Shown: positions 1 through 11,816 of the stretch, in pieces
How the letters are laid out: the number at the start of each line of letters is the position of its first letter
Numbering within the stretch: the stretch's first letter is position 1
DNA from: an uncultured Nitrospiraceae bacterium
Lineage (GTDB): Bacteria; Nitrospirota; Thermodesulfovibrionia; Thermodesulfovibrionales; SM23-35
Length of the DNA stretch: 64,000 bases
Reading direction: 5' to 3'
NCBI GenBank assembly: GCA_963727775.1
Contig: CAVSHB010000003.1
Span: 512,001 to 576,000 of the forward strand
The notes under the pieces: generated by a model
Told to the model about the DNA's origin: nothing
Databases searched by the model: none
What the model saw: the letters and a program-made list of their open reading frames with translations, nothing else
Position numbers and translations under genes: made by a program

Positions 1-548
1 TTATATTCTTCAGGCGGGTCATAAAAATAGACTATGAGAATAATATCTTTTGTGAACATTTCTTTCATCGCAAAGGCAAGACGCACGGTGCTTATTGAAT
101 TTCCGATGATTACCAGTTTTTTGCCGGTGGTTTTAAATCCATCACAGTCTGCGCATGTAAAGAAATATGTTCCCAGAAATTTATAAATGTTTTCTATAGG
201 AGGGAGGTTATCGTAGCCGCCCGAAGAAACTATTGCAAATTTTGAAAAAAATTTATTCTTATCGGCTTCGACTTCAAAATGATCTTTTTTCAATACCTTA
301 TTGACTCGCGCCTTTTCGATTTGAACATTGAACCCAATTGCCTGTGACATTCCGGTTTCTATAATTTCCTTCCCTGAAATGACCTTCTGAGTAATAAAAT
401 TTTCGATCTGTCTGGCATGAGAAGTTCTCCCTCCACCCCTATCTATTAATAGCACATCCCTGTTGAACCTTCCCAAATATATGGAAGCCTGCAGGCCGCC
501 GGGACCTGCGCCGATGATAATGCAATCATATATTTTTTCTTCAGTCAT
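1..548 (-). CDS. NAD(P)/FAD-dependent oxidoreductase, thioredoxin reductase-like (3' end runs off the window)
   Basis: Not in ORF track; manual translation from ATG at 548: MTEEKIYDCIIIGAGPGGLQASIYLGR (GxGxxG) ... FTCADCDG (CxxC). Confidence 0.85.
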   Translation of the reverse strand, partial: MTEEKIYDCIIIGAGPGGLQASIYLGRFNRDVLLIDRGGGRTSHARQIENFITQKVISGKEIIETGMSQAIGFNVQIEKARVNKVLKKDHFEVEADKNKFFSKFAIVSSGGYDNLPPIENIYKFLGTYFFTCADCDGFKTTGKKLVIIGNSISTVRLAFAMKEMFTKDIILIVYFYDPPEEY

Positions 549-1114
549 ACAATAAAAGATTATAAATTTCTATTTAAGAATGAAGCTTGAGATTATTCTA
601 TTCAAGCATTATATCAAAGTTCAGCCTAAAAGCTTATAACATGAAAAATATATTGCCTTCGGGCATATTGCCTCTGCAGCATGGAAATATGCCTGATAAA
701 AGGACAACTATATTTATTTTTTATTAATAGTATCAATGAGTTATAGCGCTGGTATCGCTCTTGCTTTTCAGTTAAGCGAGGAAGGTTTTTGGACATTATC
801 ACGGGGAGTGATATACTGAGAATTTATACAGAGTCTGAATTTTATTCGCGCGTAAATATTATTTTTTCACATAAAGGAGAATAGGCATGGAGCCCGGAAT
901 TTTTTCGCGGAAGATAAGTTTCTTAAAGGCCGGTTGGTGGCTAATACATTTTTTAGGTATTGCTGCTGTATATACTCTCGGTCATCTCCTCTGGAAGTAA
1001 AATGCTCAAATATTTTATGAGATATAAGCCGGGCTGGTGGATTCTGCATATTATCATGATAGGACTTACCTTCTACCTCGGGCATATAGCGAAATTTAAT
1101 TTTTAGGGAGTAAG

Positions 1115-1516
1115 ATGACGAAAAAGACACTTTTAACCGCACTTTTTTTACTGGCCGTAGCCGGTCTGTTACTGCACTACAGGATTCATAATTTTATGGT
1201 CCCCGACAAATTAAACCCCGGTACGTATGTTTTTGACGGTACACGATTTCTTTCATTTATTTTTCCTTTAGTGGATGTTTTTCTGGTCACTTTGCTTTTT
1301 ACTTCGAGGAAGACCGCCGTCTATGGATATCTCCTGAACGGTATCCTGGTGATATACGGCACTGTATTTATGGCACATTTCAGCATTGCGGAGATATATG
1401 CAAAATCAATCCCGCCAAGTGCCTGGCTGCTGAAGTCGACTTTGCCCGATATAGGAATTGCCTGGGGAGATTTTTTTATCGGTAAGGCACTTTATGATCT
1501 TATTATAAAAGAATAG
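1115..1516 (+). CDS. hypothetical membrane protein
   Basis: 133 aa, several hydrophobic segments, GGAG RBS. Confidence 0.7.
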   Translation: MTKKTLLTALFLLAVAGLLLHYRIHNFMVPDKLNPGTYVFDGTRFLSFIFPLVDVFLVTLLFTSRKTAVYGYLLNGILVIYGTVFMAHFSIAEIYAKSIPPSAWLLKSTLPDIGIAWGDFFIGKALYDLIIKE

Positions 1517-1529
1517 AAAGCCAAATTTT

Positions 1530-1784
1530 ATGTCACAAGAGTTAAAGGAGATTGCAAAAAGATTTACCCCTGAACAGATAGAAGGGTGTATTACACAACA
1601 GATAGAGACCGGCGAGAATATATGCCTGACGGATGAGAATAGTGATAAGATTATCACCGAACTTTCAAAGGCCGGTGTCGTCAGAAGTTTGACGGAGGAG
1701 GGCATGAGTCTTGCCGATGCCTTGAGGGAGCTGGCAAGACGGATGAGACTTGTCCAGTCGGGTTTTAAGGAAATAGAGCAATGA
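1530..1784 (+). CDS. hypothetical protein
   Basis: 84 aa, operon-like spacing. Confidence 0.65.
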   Translation: MSQELKEIAKRFTPEQIEGCITQQIETGENICLTDENSDKIITELSKAGVVRSLTEEGMSLADALRELARRMRLVQSGFKEIEQ

Positions 1785-1855
1785 ATACAGGAGATTTTTA
1801 TTCTTGTCAATGGGCATTCGATTAATGGCATCTTTAATATTAAGGAGGAAAAATT

Positions 1856-2434
1856 ATGGCTTACGTAGCTAAGGACTATTCAAAACTGATCGGAATGGAG
1901 GGATTCAGTGAGACCCTTCTGAAGAACCACTTTACACTCTACCAGGGGTATGTGACAAATACCAATAAGGTATTGGATATTCTTGCCCAGATGCTTAAGG
2001 ATGATAAAGCGGGGACACCTGAATTTGCAGAGCTGAAAAGGAGGCTCGGTTGGGAATTCAACGGGATGAGACTTCACGAATACTATTTTGAGAACCTAGG
2101 GGGCAAGTCTCCACTCGATAAGGGAGCGCGCATGGCAAAGATGATGGTGAAAGATTTTGGAAGTTATGACGCATGGGAGAAGGACTTTAAGGCGACAGGC
2201 GCGATGAGGGGGATAGGCTGGGTAGTCCTCTATCAGGACGTTATGGATGGCAGGCTGATGAATTTCTGGATAAACGAACACGATGTGTCACATCCATCGG
2301 GGTGTAATCCGCTGTTGATTATGGATGTGTTTGAGCACGCATTCATGATTGATTATGGGCTTAAGAGGGCGGATTATGTCGGCGCATTTTTTAAAAACAT
2401 TAATTGGCGGGCAGTTGAGGCAAGGCTGAAATAA
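1856..2434 (+). CDS. Fe/Mn superoxide dismutase
   Basis: Metal ligands H(FTLY), LHEYYF, DVFEHAF; AGGAGG RBS. Confidence 0.92.
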   Translation: MAYVAKDYSKLIGMEGFSETLLKNHFTLYQGYVTNTNKVLDILAQMLKDDKAGTPEFAELKRRLGWEFNGMRLHEYYFENLGGKSPLDKGARMAKMMVKDFGSYDAWEKDFKATGAMRGIGWVVLYQDVMDGRLMNFWINEHDVSHPSGCNPLLIMDVFEHAFMIDYGLKRADYVGAFFKNINWRAVEARLK

Positions 2435-2446
2435 AGGAGGCGAAAT

Positions 2447-2800
2447 ATGCCGGTAATCGAGACTGAAGGATTAAAGATCGAGGTGGATGAAGAAGGATAT
2501 CTTATTAATTTCGGTGACTGGAATGAAAAGGTTGCCTGTATTCTGGCAGACAAAGAAGGAATAAGCGAGAAATGCCCGCTTACAAAAGAAAAGTTGGAAA
2601 TATTAAAGTTCATGAGAGATTACTACCAAAAGTTCGAGGCTGTTCCAATACCTTGGGGAGTATGCCTGAGGGTCCACCAGCCGAAGGATTGTGCATATGA
2701 GGAGTTTCCGGACCCCACCATAGCCTGGAAAATTGCAGGACTACCGCAGCCGTCAAGGCATGTGATTTCGAGTCTGAAAGGATGGGGAGGTGTATCTTAA
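2447..2800 (+). CDS. DsrC/TusE family protein lacking C-terminal cysteines
   Basis: DEEGYL..W N-terminus and KIAGLPQP motif. Confidence 0.85.
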   Translation: MPVIETEGLKIEVDEEGYLINFGDWNEKVACILADKEGISEKCPLTKEKLEILKFMRDYYQKFEAVPIPWGVCLRVHQPKDCAYEEFPDPTIAWKIAGLPQPSRHVISSLKGWGGVS

Positions 2801-2838
2801 AATTTTGCAAATGTTCAAATAGATTGAGGTAATGTTAT

Positions 2839-3345
2839 ATGAAAGCATTAATTATCAGCGCGGATAATTTTAAAGATACTGAACTCCTCTATCCATATTA
2901 CCGATTAAAGGAGGAAGGAGTTCAGATAGATATTGCTTCCATTAAGAAAGACCCTATAAAAGGGATGCACGGTTACAGTGTGGAAATAAATAAAATCCTC
3001 AAGGAAATTAATCCCGATGATTATGATATCCTGATTCTCCCCGGCGGGAAAGCCCCGGAAACCGTGAGAAAAGATAAAGATGCCATTTCGATAGTTAAAG
3101 ATTTTTTCCTGAAGAATAAGCCTGTTTCGGCCATATGCCACGGACCTCAGACGCTGATAACCGCCGGGTTGCTCAAAGAAAGGCATGCGACTTGCTATCG
3201 GTCTGTAGCTCAGGAAATGAAAGAAGCAGGCGCTCTTTATGAAGATAAAGAGGTGATTGTTGACGGCAATCTCATTACATCAAGGCAGCCTTCCGATTTG
3301 CCTGTTTTCATGAAGGAGACGATAAAGACGATTAGAAAAAAGTAG
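2839..3345 (+). CDS. PfpI/DJ-1 family protein
   Basis: LPGG, AICHGP nucleophile elbow, DGNLITSR. Confidence 0.92.
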   Translation: MKALIISADNFKDTELLYPYYRLKEEGVQIDIASIKKDPIKGMHGYSVEINKILKEINPDDYDILILPGGKAPETVRKDKDAISIVKDFFLKNKPVSAICHGPQTLITAGLLKERHATCYRSVAQEMKEAGALYEDKEVIVDGNLITSRQPSDLPVFMKETIKTIRKK

Positions 3346-3374
3346 CCGGGTTTATTATTAACCCTTTCTTTGTT

Positions 3375-5327
3375 ATGAATAGACTATCCACTGAGAAATC
3401 TCCCTACCTCAGGCATGCGGCCAACCAGAAGATTGAATGGTATCCATGGTGTGCTGAAGCATTCGAGACGGCGAAACAGAAGAATAAGCCCGTGTTTCTA
3501 AGCTCCGGCGCTGTTTGGTGCCATTGGTGCCATGTGATGGCAAAGGAGTGTTTTGAAAGCGAGGAGATAATAAAGTTCCTTAACGAACATTTTATAAATA
3601 TAAAACTCGACAGGGATGAAAGACCTGATATCGACAGGAGATACCAGCGGGCAGTATCCGTTATGGGGTTTGGTGGCGGCTGGCCCCTCAGCGTTTTCTT
3701 GACACCGGACAAGGAACCATTCTTTGGCGGTACATATTTCCCGCTTGAAGATAGTTTAGGCAGGCCCGGTTTTCAAAGGGTCTTAAAAGCTGTAACTGAT
3801 TTTTATATTTCGAAGAAAGAAGATATTTTTGAATACAGCCGTAAGATTATGGGTTCAATAAAACAGGGTCTTTTGCCGGATGAAGAAATAAAGGAATCTT
3901 TAATTGGAGAAGCGGTAACAGATATCCTTTCACATTTTGACCCGCAGAATGGCGGGTTCGGCGCTTCTCCCAAGTTCCCGGCGCCCGGAGCATTGGAACT
4001 GTTGACAAACAAATTTTTTTTTACAAAAAAAGAATCCATCGGATTCGCGGTAAAAAAGACGCTGGAGTCAATGGCAAAAGGCGGATTCCATGATCAAATC
4101 GGCGGCGGCTTTCACAGGTATTCTGTTGATGAAGCATGGAGCGTCCCGCATTTTGAGAAGATGGCGGATGATAACGCATGGCATTTAAGAAATTATATCA
4201 ACGCATATGCTGTCTTCGGGCTTGAATACTTCAAAGAGGTCGCTGAAGGCATAATCAATTTTATTGGTGATGTGTTTTCCGATCCCTTCGGCGGTTTTTA
4301 TTCAAGCCAGGATGCTGATGTTTCGCCTGATGATGAAGGAGGATATTTTACGTGGACAGATGCGGATTTTGAAAAGGTTTTAACTGACGAAGAATTCAGA
4401 GTTTTGTCACTTCACCTCCTCGGCGAGAAGGGCGCAATGCACCATGACAGATCAAAAAAAGTATTGTTTATTTCACTGGGCGCAGAAGAAATTGCAGAAA
4501 AGACAGGGATGAACAGACAGATAGTTTTGCAAATAATAAACCGGGGGAAGAAAAAGCTGCTGGAAGGAAGAAATAAAAGAGAAGCGCCTTTTATCGACAG
4601 GACATTATACACATCCGTGAATGGAATGCTGATTTCAGCCTATTTAAAGGCTTTCAGGGTCTTAAAGTATGGGGGTTTGAAAGCCTTTTCCCTTAAAAGT
4701 CTCAACAGAATAATGACAAGCCATTTTATCGATAATGAGCTTTTACATACTGAAGGTATAAAGGCGTTACTGGATGACTACATGAATTTAATTGACGCCT
4801 TGAGCGCTGCATATGAGGCAACCGGGGACTTGAAATATCTTCATCAGGCAGACAATTTCATGGAGGTATGCATCGACAAATTCTGGGATAACACCGGAGG
4901 AGGTTTTTTTGATACGGACGGAGAAGTGCTTGGAATAAGGTTTAAGAACATTGAAGACATTCCGCACCCGTCGGCAAATTCACTCGGCATTATGCTTTTA
5001 CTGAAACTCCATTTCATGACCGGAAAGGAAAAATATCATGATTGCGCAGAGAAGGCATTAAAGGTTTTTTCATCTACCGCAAAAGACATGGGTATTCATT
5101 CAGGATATTATTTTTGCGCGGCGGACGCATATTTTAATATGGTTCAACTCACATGCCAAACTTCTCCTTCAAGCGGTCTTGCTGAAACTGCCCTGTCATT
5201 ATTTCGTCCTTACGTGAGTATTATTTATGGAGAAGACAAAGGCATTGTGATTCCATGTATGAAGGATGTATGCTATGCCCCCATTAATAGCCCTGGCGAA
5301 TTGGAGGATTTTCTGCGTACTCATTAG
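3375..5327 (+). CDS. thioredoxin-domain protein, YyaL/SSP411 family
   Basis: NRL..EKSPYL.H, WCHWCHVM, GGWPL, PHFEKM. Confidence 0.92.
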   Translation: MNRLSTEKSPYLRHAANQKIEWYPWCAEAFETAKQKNKPVFLSSGAVWCHWCHVMAKECFESEEIIKFLNEHFINIKLDRDERPDIDRRYQRAVSVMGFGGGWPLSVFLTPDKEPFFGGTYFPLEDSLGRPGFQRVLKAVTDFYISKKEDIFEYSRKIMGSIKQGLLPDEEIKESLIGEAVTDILSHFDPQNGGFGASPKFPAPGALELLTNKFFFTKKESIGFAVKKTLESMAKGGFHDQIGGGFHRYSVDEAWSVPHFEKMADDNAWHLRNYINAYAVFGLEYFKEVAEGIINFIGDVFSDPFGGFYSSQDADVSPDDEGGYFTWTDADFEKVLTDEEFRVLSLHLLGEKGAMHHDRSKKVLFISLGAEEIAEKTGMNRQIVLQIINRGKKKLLEGRNKREAPFIDRTLYTSVNGMLISAYLKAFRVLKYGGLKAFSLKSLNRIMTSHFIDNELLHTEGIKALLDDYMNLIDALSAAYEATGDLKYLHQADNFMEVCIDKFWDNTGGGFFDTDGEVLGIRFKNIEDIPHPSANSLGIMLLLKLHFMTGKEKYHDCAEKALKVFSSTAKDMGIHSGYYFCAADAYFNMVQLTCQTSPSSGLAETALSLFRPYVSIIYGEDKGIVIPCMKDVCYAPINSPGELEDFLRTH

Positions 5328-5614
5328 AAGAAAAGTTTACCCTTAATATCTTCTCTCGAATTTCTCGCCTTCGCAGACTTCCCTTATCTGGTCCTTAATG
5401 AGGTTCCCGTCTTCATAAAACCTCCTGCAAAGTTGTTTTTATTTTTTTTGAGGCATCAGCTTACAAGGCAAGCCATAAGCAAAAATCAGTAATGAATATC
5501 TTCATATATTTTTGTCAAAAATATCAATAACCCGACACCGAAAAACGGATTATAACTATCTATGACAAAGGCGGGATTGGTGGTATTATTAAATATGTTA
5601 ACATTAATAGCCTT

Positions 5615-7187
<1,573 letters not shown>

Positions 7188-7226
7188 GACCCGTGTATAT
7201 TGTTGCTCTTGAATCTGCGTAATAAT

Positions 7227-8264
7227 ATGACCATTCGTGAACAGACAGAAGAAATAGAGCGAAAAATCCTTCATCCGAAGGCATGCCTGAGTTCGGAGAG
7301 TAAAGGCAGATTAAGGCCGGAAAAAGAAGGTGAGATAAGGACATGCTTCCAGAGGGACAGGGACAGGATTATCCATTCAAAGGCATTTAGGAGGCTGAAA
7401 CACAAAACCCAGGTTTTCTTTGCGCCAAAAGGGGACCATTACAGGACACGTCTTACCCATGTGCTTGAGGTGGCGCAAATTGCGAGGACTATAGCAAGGG
7501 CTTTGAGGCTGAATGAAGACCTAACAGAAGCCATAGCTTTGGGGCATGACTTAGGTCATACTCCTTTCGGCCATGCAGGCGAGGCTATCCTGAGAGAGAT
7601 ACACCCGGGAGGATTTGATCATTATAAGCAGAGTCTCAGAGTCATTGATATCCTTGAAAAAGGCGGTAAAGGATTAAACCTTACTCATGAGGTAAGGGAT
7701 GGGGTGTTTAAACATTCGAAAGGCAAGGGCAGAATAATACCGGAGGCGAAGGCCGACAGGGCAGGCACACTTGAGGGTCAGGTAGTTCGTGTCTCGGACA
7801 TCATTGCCTACGTTAACCATGATCTTGATGACGCACTGAGGGCCGGCGTGATCAAAAAGACGGACATTCCTAAAAAGATTCTTAAAATCCTGGGTGAGAC
7901 CCATTCAAAAAGGATAGACAGAATGGTAAAAGACCTTATATATACCTCTGTCAATTCAGAACTTGAAGGTCTTTCTATGGGGGATGATATATCATACGCA
8001 ACTTATATGCTCAGGGATTTCCTCTTTGAATGTGTGTATGAAAGCGAAAAGATATTAAAAGAATTTAAAAAGGCCAAAAAAATCCTTCACGATTTATATT
8101 CTTATTACCTCGAACATCTGGAAGAAGTGTTTATCGAAATACCTGAAGAAGAAGAATTCAATAAGCATCGTAAAGTCTGTGACTTCATCGCCGGAATGAC
8201 AGACAGTTTTGCCCTTATGACATATGAGATGCTTTTCCTGCCGCAGCAGTGGACCGTCTTTTAA
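7227..8264 (+). CDS. dgt: deoxyguanosinetriphosphate triphosphohydrolase (HD family)
   Basis: [27 protein letters not shown] at 7227 preferred to TTG at 7200. Confidence 0.92.
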   Translation: MTIREQTEEIERKILHPKACLSSESKGRLRPEKEGEIRTCFQRDRDRIIHSKAFRRLKHKTQVFFAPKGDHYRTRLTHVLEVAQIARTIARALRLNEDLTEAIALGHDLGHTPFGHAGEAILREIHPGGFDHYKQSLRVIDILEKGGKGLNLTHEVRDGVFKHSKGKGRIIPEAKADRAGTLEGQVVRVSDIIAYVNHDLDDALRAGVIKKTDIPKKILKILGETHSKRIDRMVKDLIYTSVNSELEGLSMGDDISYATYMLRDFLFECVYESEKILKEFKKAKKILHDLYSYYLEHLEEVFIEIPEEEEFNKHRKVCDFIAGMTDSFALMTYEMLFLPQQWTVF

Positions 8265-8316
8265 ACATCATGATATTATAATCCTATGCTTTAATTTCGA
8301 TCGGAAAAAATTGCAC

Positions 8317-8345
8317 AATTTAAGCAATTTAAGCATAATTTAAGC
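8317..8345 (+). promoter_or_regulatory. three direct repeats AATTTAAGC upstream of XRE regulator, possible operator
   Basis: Copies at 8317, 8326, 8337. Confidence 0.4.
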
Positions 8346-8391
8346 GAGGAATTATTAATAAAATGTCGTAAATGTATGATAATATAAAGCG

Positions 8392-9003
8392 ATGATGGAG
8401 TTCGGTTCCAAACTTAGAAGACTTATGAAATCGAGGGGCATAAAAGCCATAACACTTGCTCAGAGAATGGGCGTTAGTTGTGCTTACGTTAGTCAGTTGA
8501 TAACCGGAATAAGAAGACCTGGACGAGAAACTTTATTGAAATTATCGAAAGCTTTAGAAGTTCCAGTTGAGACTCTCCTGATGATTGAGTCGGGTGTTTC
8601 TGAAAAGATGCTAATATCGAGGAAGATCCCGGTTTTAGATGAGTCCAAAATTGACGCATGGGTAGAAAGTATAGATTTAGATTATCCCGCGTTGGTAGCT
8701 AACACTTTCGAATATGCTACTACAGACGACCCCAATGCGTTTTATGTAACACCCAAAGGCTTACTATCTTGTTGTGGATTGGAGACATGTGATCTCATTC
8801 TGGTTGAGCCGAATAAAAAAGTTAATGGTGGCGACACGGTTTTAGTCCATCTGCATGAAGGATTTTCAATAAGGAAGATTATTTTTAAAGATACAATGAT
8901 TATTCTGATGGACGAAAAACAGGAACCGATTATTTCAGCAAAAGAAAATGTCAGCGAGGCCCTTAAATTTTTCAGGGTCAGCCAGTGCCTTAAACGACTG
9001 TAA
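8392..9003 (+). CDS. XRE-family HTH regulator with degenerate S24/LexA-like C-terminal domain
   Basis: N-terminal HTH_3 pattern; C-terminal DLILVEP...GDTVLV. Confidence 0.8.
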   Translation: MMEFGSKLRRLMKSRGIKAITLAQRMGVSCAYVSQLITGIRRPGRETLLKLSKALEVPVETLLMIESGVSEKMLISRKIPVLDESKIDAWVESIDLDYPALVANTFEYATTDDPNAFYVTPKGLLSCCGLETCDLILVEPNKKVNGGDTVLVHLHEGFSIRKIIFKDTMIILMDEKQEPIISAKENVSEALKFFRVSQCLKRL

Positions 9004-9191
9004 AATTCCCCTCATTTTTTTCTTCAAATTAATTCTTATAGGTACAATAAATTTTTCTAATTAGCGCCCGCTTATTTTTTGTTGCCAACCTAAATTAGCC
9101 TTTGCTAATATATTTAGAGCTGCCAAAGGACAATTTGCACAAAGAAACAGAGCGCGTGCTGTTTTAACATAAAATTCGGGCTCCCCCCTTA

Positions 9192-9228
9192 TTAGTGTCG
9201 GAAGTTTCACTTCTGCCACTAACTTTTT
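9192..9228 (+). terminator. probable intrinsic terminator between XRE gene and gyrA
   Basis: TTAGTG.CGGAAGT/ACTTCTG.CACTAA stem followed by T-run. Confidence 0.5.
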
Positions 9229-9328
9229 GTTGCAGGTTTTTTTAAACAGCAGAGAAAAGAGGTTACGTTCTCAATTAAAGATATTACAGGATTCAGTGCC
9301 TGAAGGCTGTTTTGATTTGTACAAGTGA

Positions 9329-11737
9329 TTAATCCTTCTCGGCGACCTTTCCGATACTTACGATCTTGTCGTCACCTTCTACATCCATGAGCTTTACTCC
9401 CTGCGTGTTCCTTCCGTGGAGGGAGATATTGCCTGCGAGTGTCCTTATGAGTTTTCCGGAACTGGTTATCATGACGACCTCATCCTCATCTCTTACCTGC
9501 ATGAGTCCGACAGCCTTACCGCCCTTCTCTGTTATCTTTATCGAAATGACGCCTTTACCTCCACGGCCCTGAACAGGGTAATCCGATATGTTCGAGCGTT
9601 TTCCGAGGCCTTTCTCCGTAACTGTAAGGAGGACGGTCCTTTCCTCTGCCACCTCGGCAGAGACCATTTCGTCTCCTTTCATAAGCCGGATGCCTCTGAC
9701 TCCCATTGCGGTCCGCCCCGTCTCACGCACTTCTTCCTCATTGAATCTTATGGAAAGGCCATTTCTTGTGCCGATAATAAGATCGCTTTTGCCACCGGTC
9801 TTTTTCACGGCGATGAGTTCATCGCCTTCTTCGAGAGTTATGGCGATGATACCTTTGCCCCGGGGATTGCTGTATTTTTCTAAAGCGGTCTTTTTGACCG
9901 TGCCGTTTTTTGTAAACACTACGAGATAGCCGTCCTTGAAATCACGGACAGGCAGTGCCGTCGTGATCCTTTCCCCTTCCGTGAGAGCCAGCACATTTAC
10001 CAAGGCCTTGCCCTTAGCAGCCCTGCCGGCCTCCGGTATCTGGTAAATCTTCAGCCAATAGAGCCGGCCGAGATTGGAAAAGAAAAGCATGTAATCATGA
10101 GTAGCGCCTATGAATAGTTCCCTTACAAAATCCTCTTCTTTCGTTTCCATTCCAATAGAACCTTTGCCGCCTCGGCGCTGGCTCCTGTATGCACTCAAGG
10201 GGTTTCTTTTTATATATCCCTGATGGGACAATGTGATGACCATCTCTTCGTCCGTAATCAGGTCTTCGATAGTTATCTCCTTAGTCTCCGCAGTGATCTC
10301 GGTTTTTCTATCGTCCGCATACTTGTTCCTGATCTCAAGGAGTTCATCTTTAATGATCTGTGAAACAAGAGCATCGTTTTCGAGTATCGCCCGTAGCCTT
10401 TCTATCTCTTTTAACGTCTCCGAATATTCCCGCACGATCTTTTCCCTCTCCAGCCCGGTCAGTCTCTGGAGTCTCATATCCAGGATCGCTTGCGCCTGTA
10501 TTTCCGACAACGGATACCCGCTCATTAAGCCTACCCTCGCCTCTTCAGGGTTTCTTGATCTTCTAATGAGTGCTATTATTTCGTCGAGATAATCGAGTGC
10601 GATCTTCAAACCTTCCAGAATATGCGCACGCTCTTCGGCCTTTTTTAGTTCAAAGCGGGTCCTCCTGAGGACCACATCCCTTCTGTGCTGCAAAAAGTAT
10701 TTCAGGAGCTCTTTGAGCTTCAATACACGGGGCTGGCCGTTTACGAGGGCGAGCATAATGATCCCGAAGGTCGTTTCCATCTGAGTGTGTTTATAGAGGT
10801 TGTTCAGGATGACCTGTGCAATCTCACCTCTCTTGAGTTCCACTACAACCCTGATACCGTCCCTGTCCGATTCATCTCTCAGCTCGGATATGCCTTCAAT
10901 AGTCTTTTCCCTCACGAGCTCCGCAATGTTCTTGATAAGCCGCGCTTTGTTCACTTGATAAGGCAGTTCGGTGATGATTATATTCTCGCCGCCCCTGTAC
11001 TCACGCTCTATCCTCGCCTTTGCCCTGACTTTAATAAGACCCTTCCCTTCGTTGTAAGCTTGAACAATGCCGTCAGTGCCGTGGATGATACCGCCCGTAG
11101 GAAAATCAGGGCCTTTTATCAGGGACATCAGATCATTCAATGTGGTATTGGGGTTGTCAACCAGGAGCACAAGCCCGTCGATTATCTCTCCGAGATTATG
11201 TGGCGGAACATTGGTGGCCATGCCGACAGCAATTCCCGATGAGCCGTTTATGATGAGGTTCGGGACCCTCGAAGGAAGGACCAAAGGTTCCTCTGTTGTC
11301 TCATCAAAATTCGGGGTAAAGTCGACGGTGTTCTTATCTATGTCAGCGAGCAGTTCCTCCGCAATCGCTGCGAGCTTTGCTTCAGTGTACCTGTAGGCAG
11401 CGGCGGGGTCTCCGTCAACAGATCCGAAGTTGCCCTGGCCGTCGACGAGCGGATAACGCATATTGAAATCCTGGGCAAGCCTGACGAGCGCATCATAAAC
11501 CGCCGAATCACCATGGGGGTGATATTTTTTTAAAACCTCACCAACGACACCAGCAGATTTGGAATATTTCTTATTGGGGAGAAGGCCCTCCCTGAACATC
11601 GCATATAAAATTCTTCTCTGAACTGGTTTAAGACCATCTCTTACCTCAGGGAGTGCCCTGCCGATGATTACGCTCATTGCGTAATCAAGATAGGAGCCCT
11701 TCATTTCTTCTTCTATACTTACCGGTACTTTTGCCAT
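9329..11737 (-). CDS. gyrA: DNA gyrase subunit A
   Basis: YHPHGD, RYTE catalytic Tyr, GyrA box QRRGGKG, C-terminal pinwheel repeats. Confidence 0.97.
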   Translation of the reverse strand: MAKVPVSIEEEMKGSYLDYAMSVIIGRALPEVRDGLKPVQRRILYAMFREGLLPNKKYSKSAGVVGEVLKKYHPHGDSAVYDALVRLAQDFNMRYPLVDGQGNFGSVDGDPAAAYRYTEAKLAAIAEELLADIDKNTVDFTPNFDETTEEPLVLPSRVPNLIINGSSGIAVGMATNVPPHNLGEIIDGLVLLVDNPNTTLNDLMSLIKGPDFPTGGIIHGTDGIVQAYNEGKGLIKVRAKARIEREYRGGENIIITELPYQVNKARLIKNIAELVREKTIEGISELRDESDRDGIRVVVELKRGEIAQVILNNLYKHTQMETTFGIIMLALVNGQPRVLKLKELLKYFLQHRRDVVLRRTRFELKKAEERAHILEGLKIALDYLDEIIALIRRSRNPEEARVGLMSGYPLSEIQAQAILDMRLQRLTGLEREKIVREYSETLKEIERLRAILENDALVSQIIKDELLEIRNKYADDRKTEITAETKEITIEDLITDEEMVITLSHQGYIKRNPLSAYRSQRRGGKGSIGMETKEEDFVRELFIGATHDYMLFFSNLGRLYWLKIYQIPEAGRAAKGKALVNVLALTEGERITTALPVRDFKDGYLVVFTKNGTVKKTALEKYSNPRGKGIIAITLEEGDELIAVKKTGGKSDLIIGTRNGLSIRFNEEEVRETGRTAMGVRGIRLMKGDEMVSAEVAEERTVLLTVTEKGLGKRSNISDYPVQGRGGKGVISIKITEKGGKAVGLMQVRDEDEVVMITSSGKLIRTLAGNISLHGRNTQGVKLMDVEGDDKIVSIGKVAEKD

Positions 11738-11816
11738 CAAATCTCCTTATAAAAAGAAAAACACTGTATATTTTACCATATTGCTTTTTCGAGCGGTTAA
11801 AAATATAATTAAGCTT

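Noticed and set aside
9366..11396. Plus-strand ORFs inside gyrA (and similar ORFs antisense to serS, comM, the STAND gene and the R-M gene)
   Set aside because: Antisense shadows of well-supported genes.
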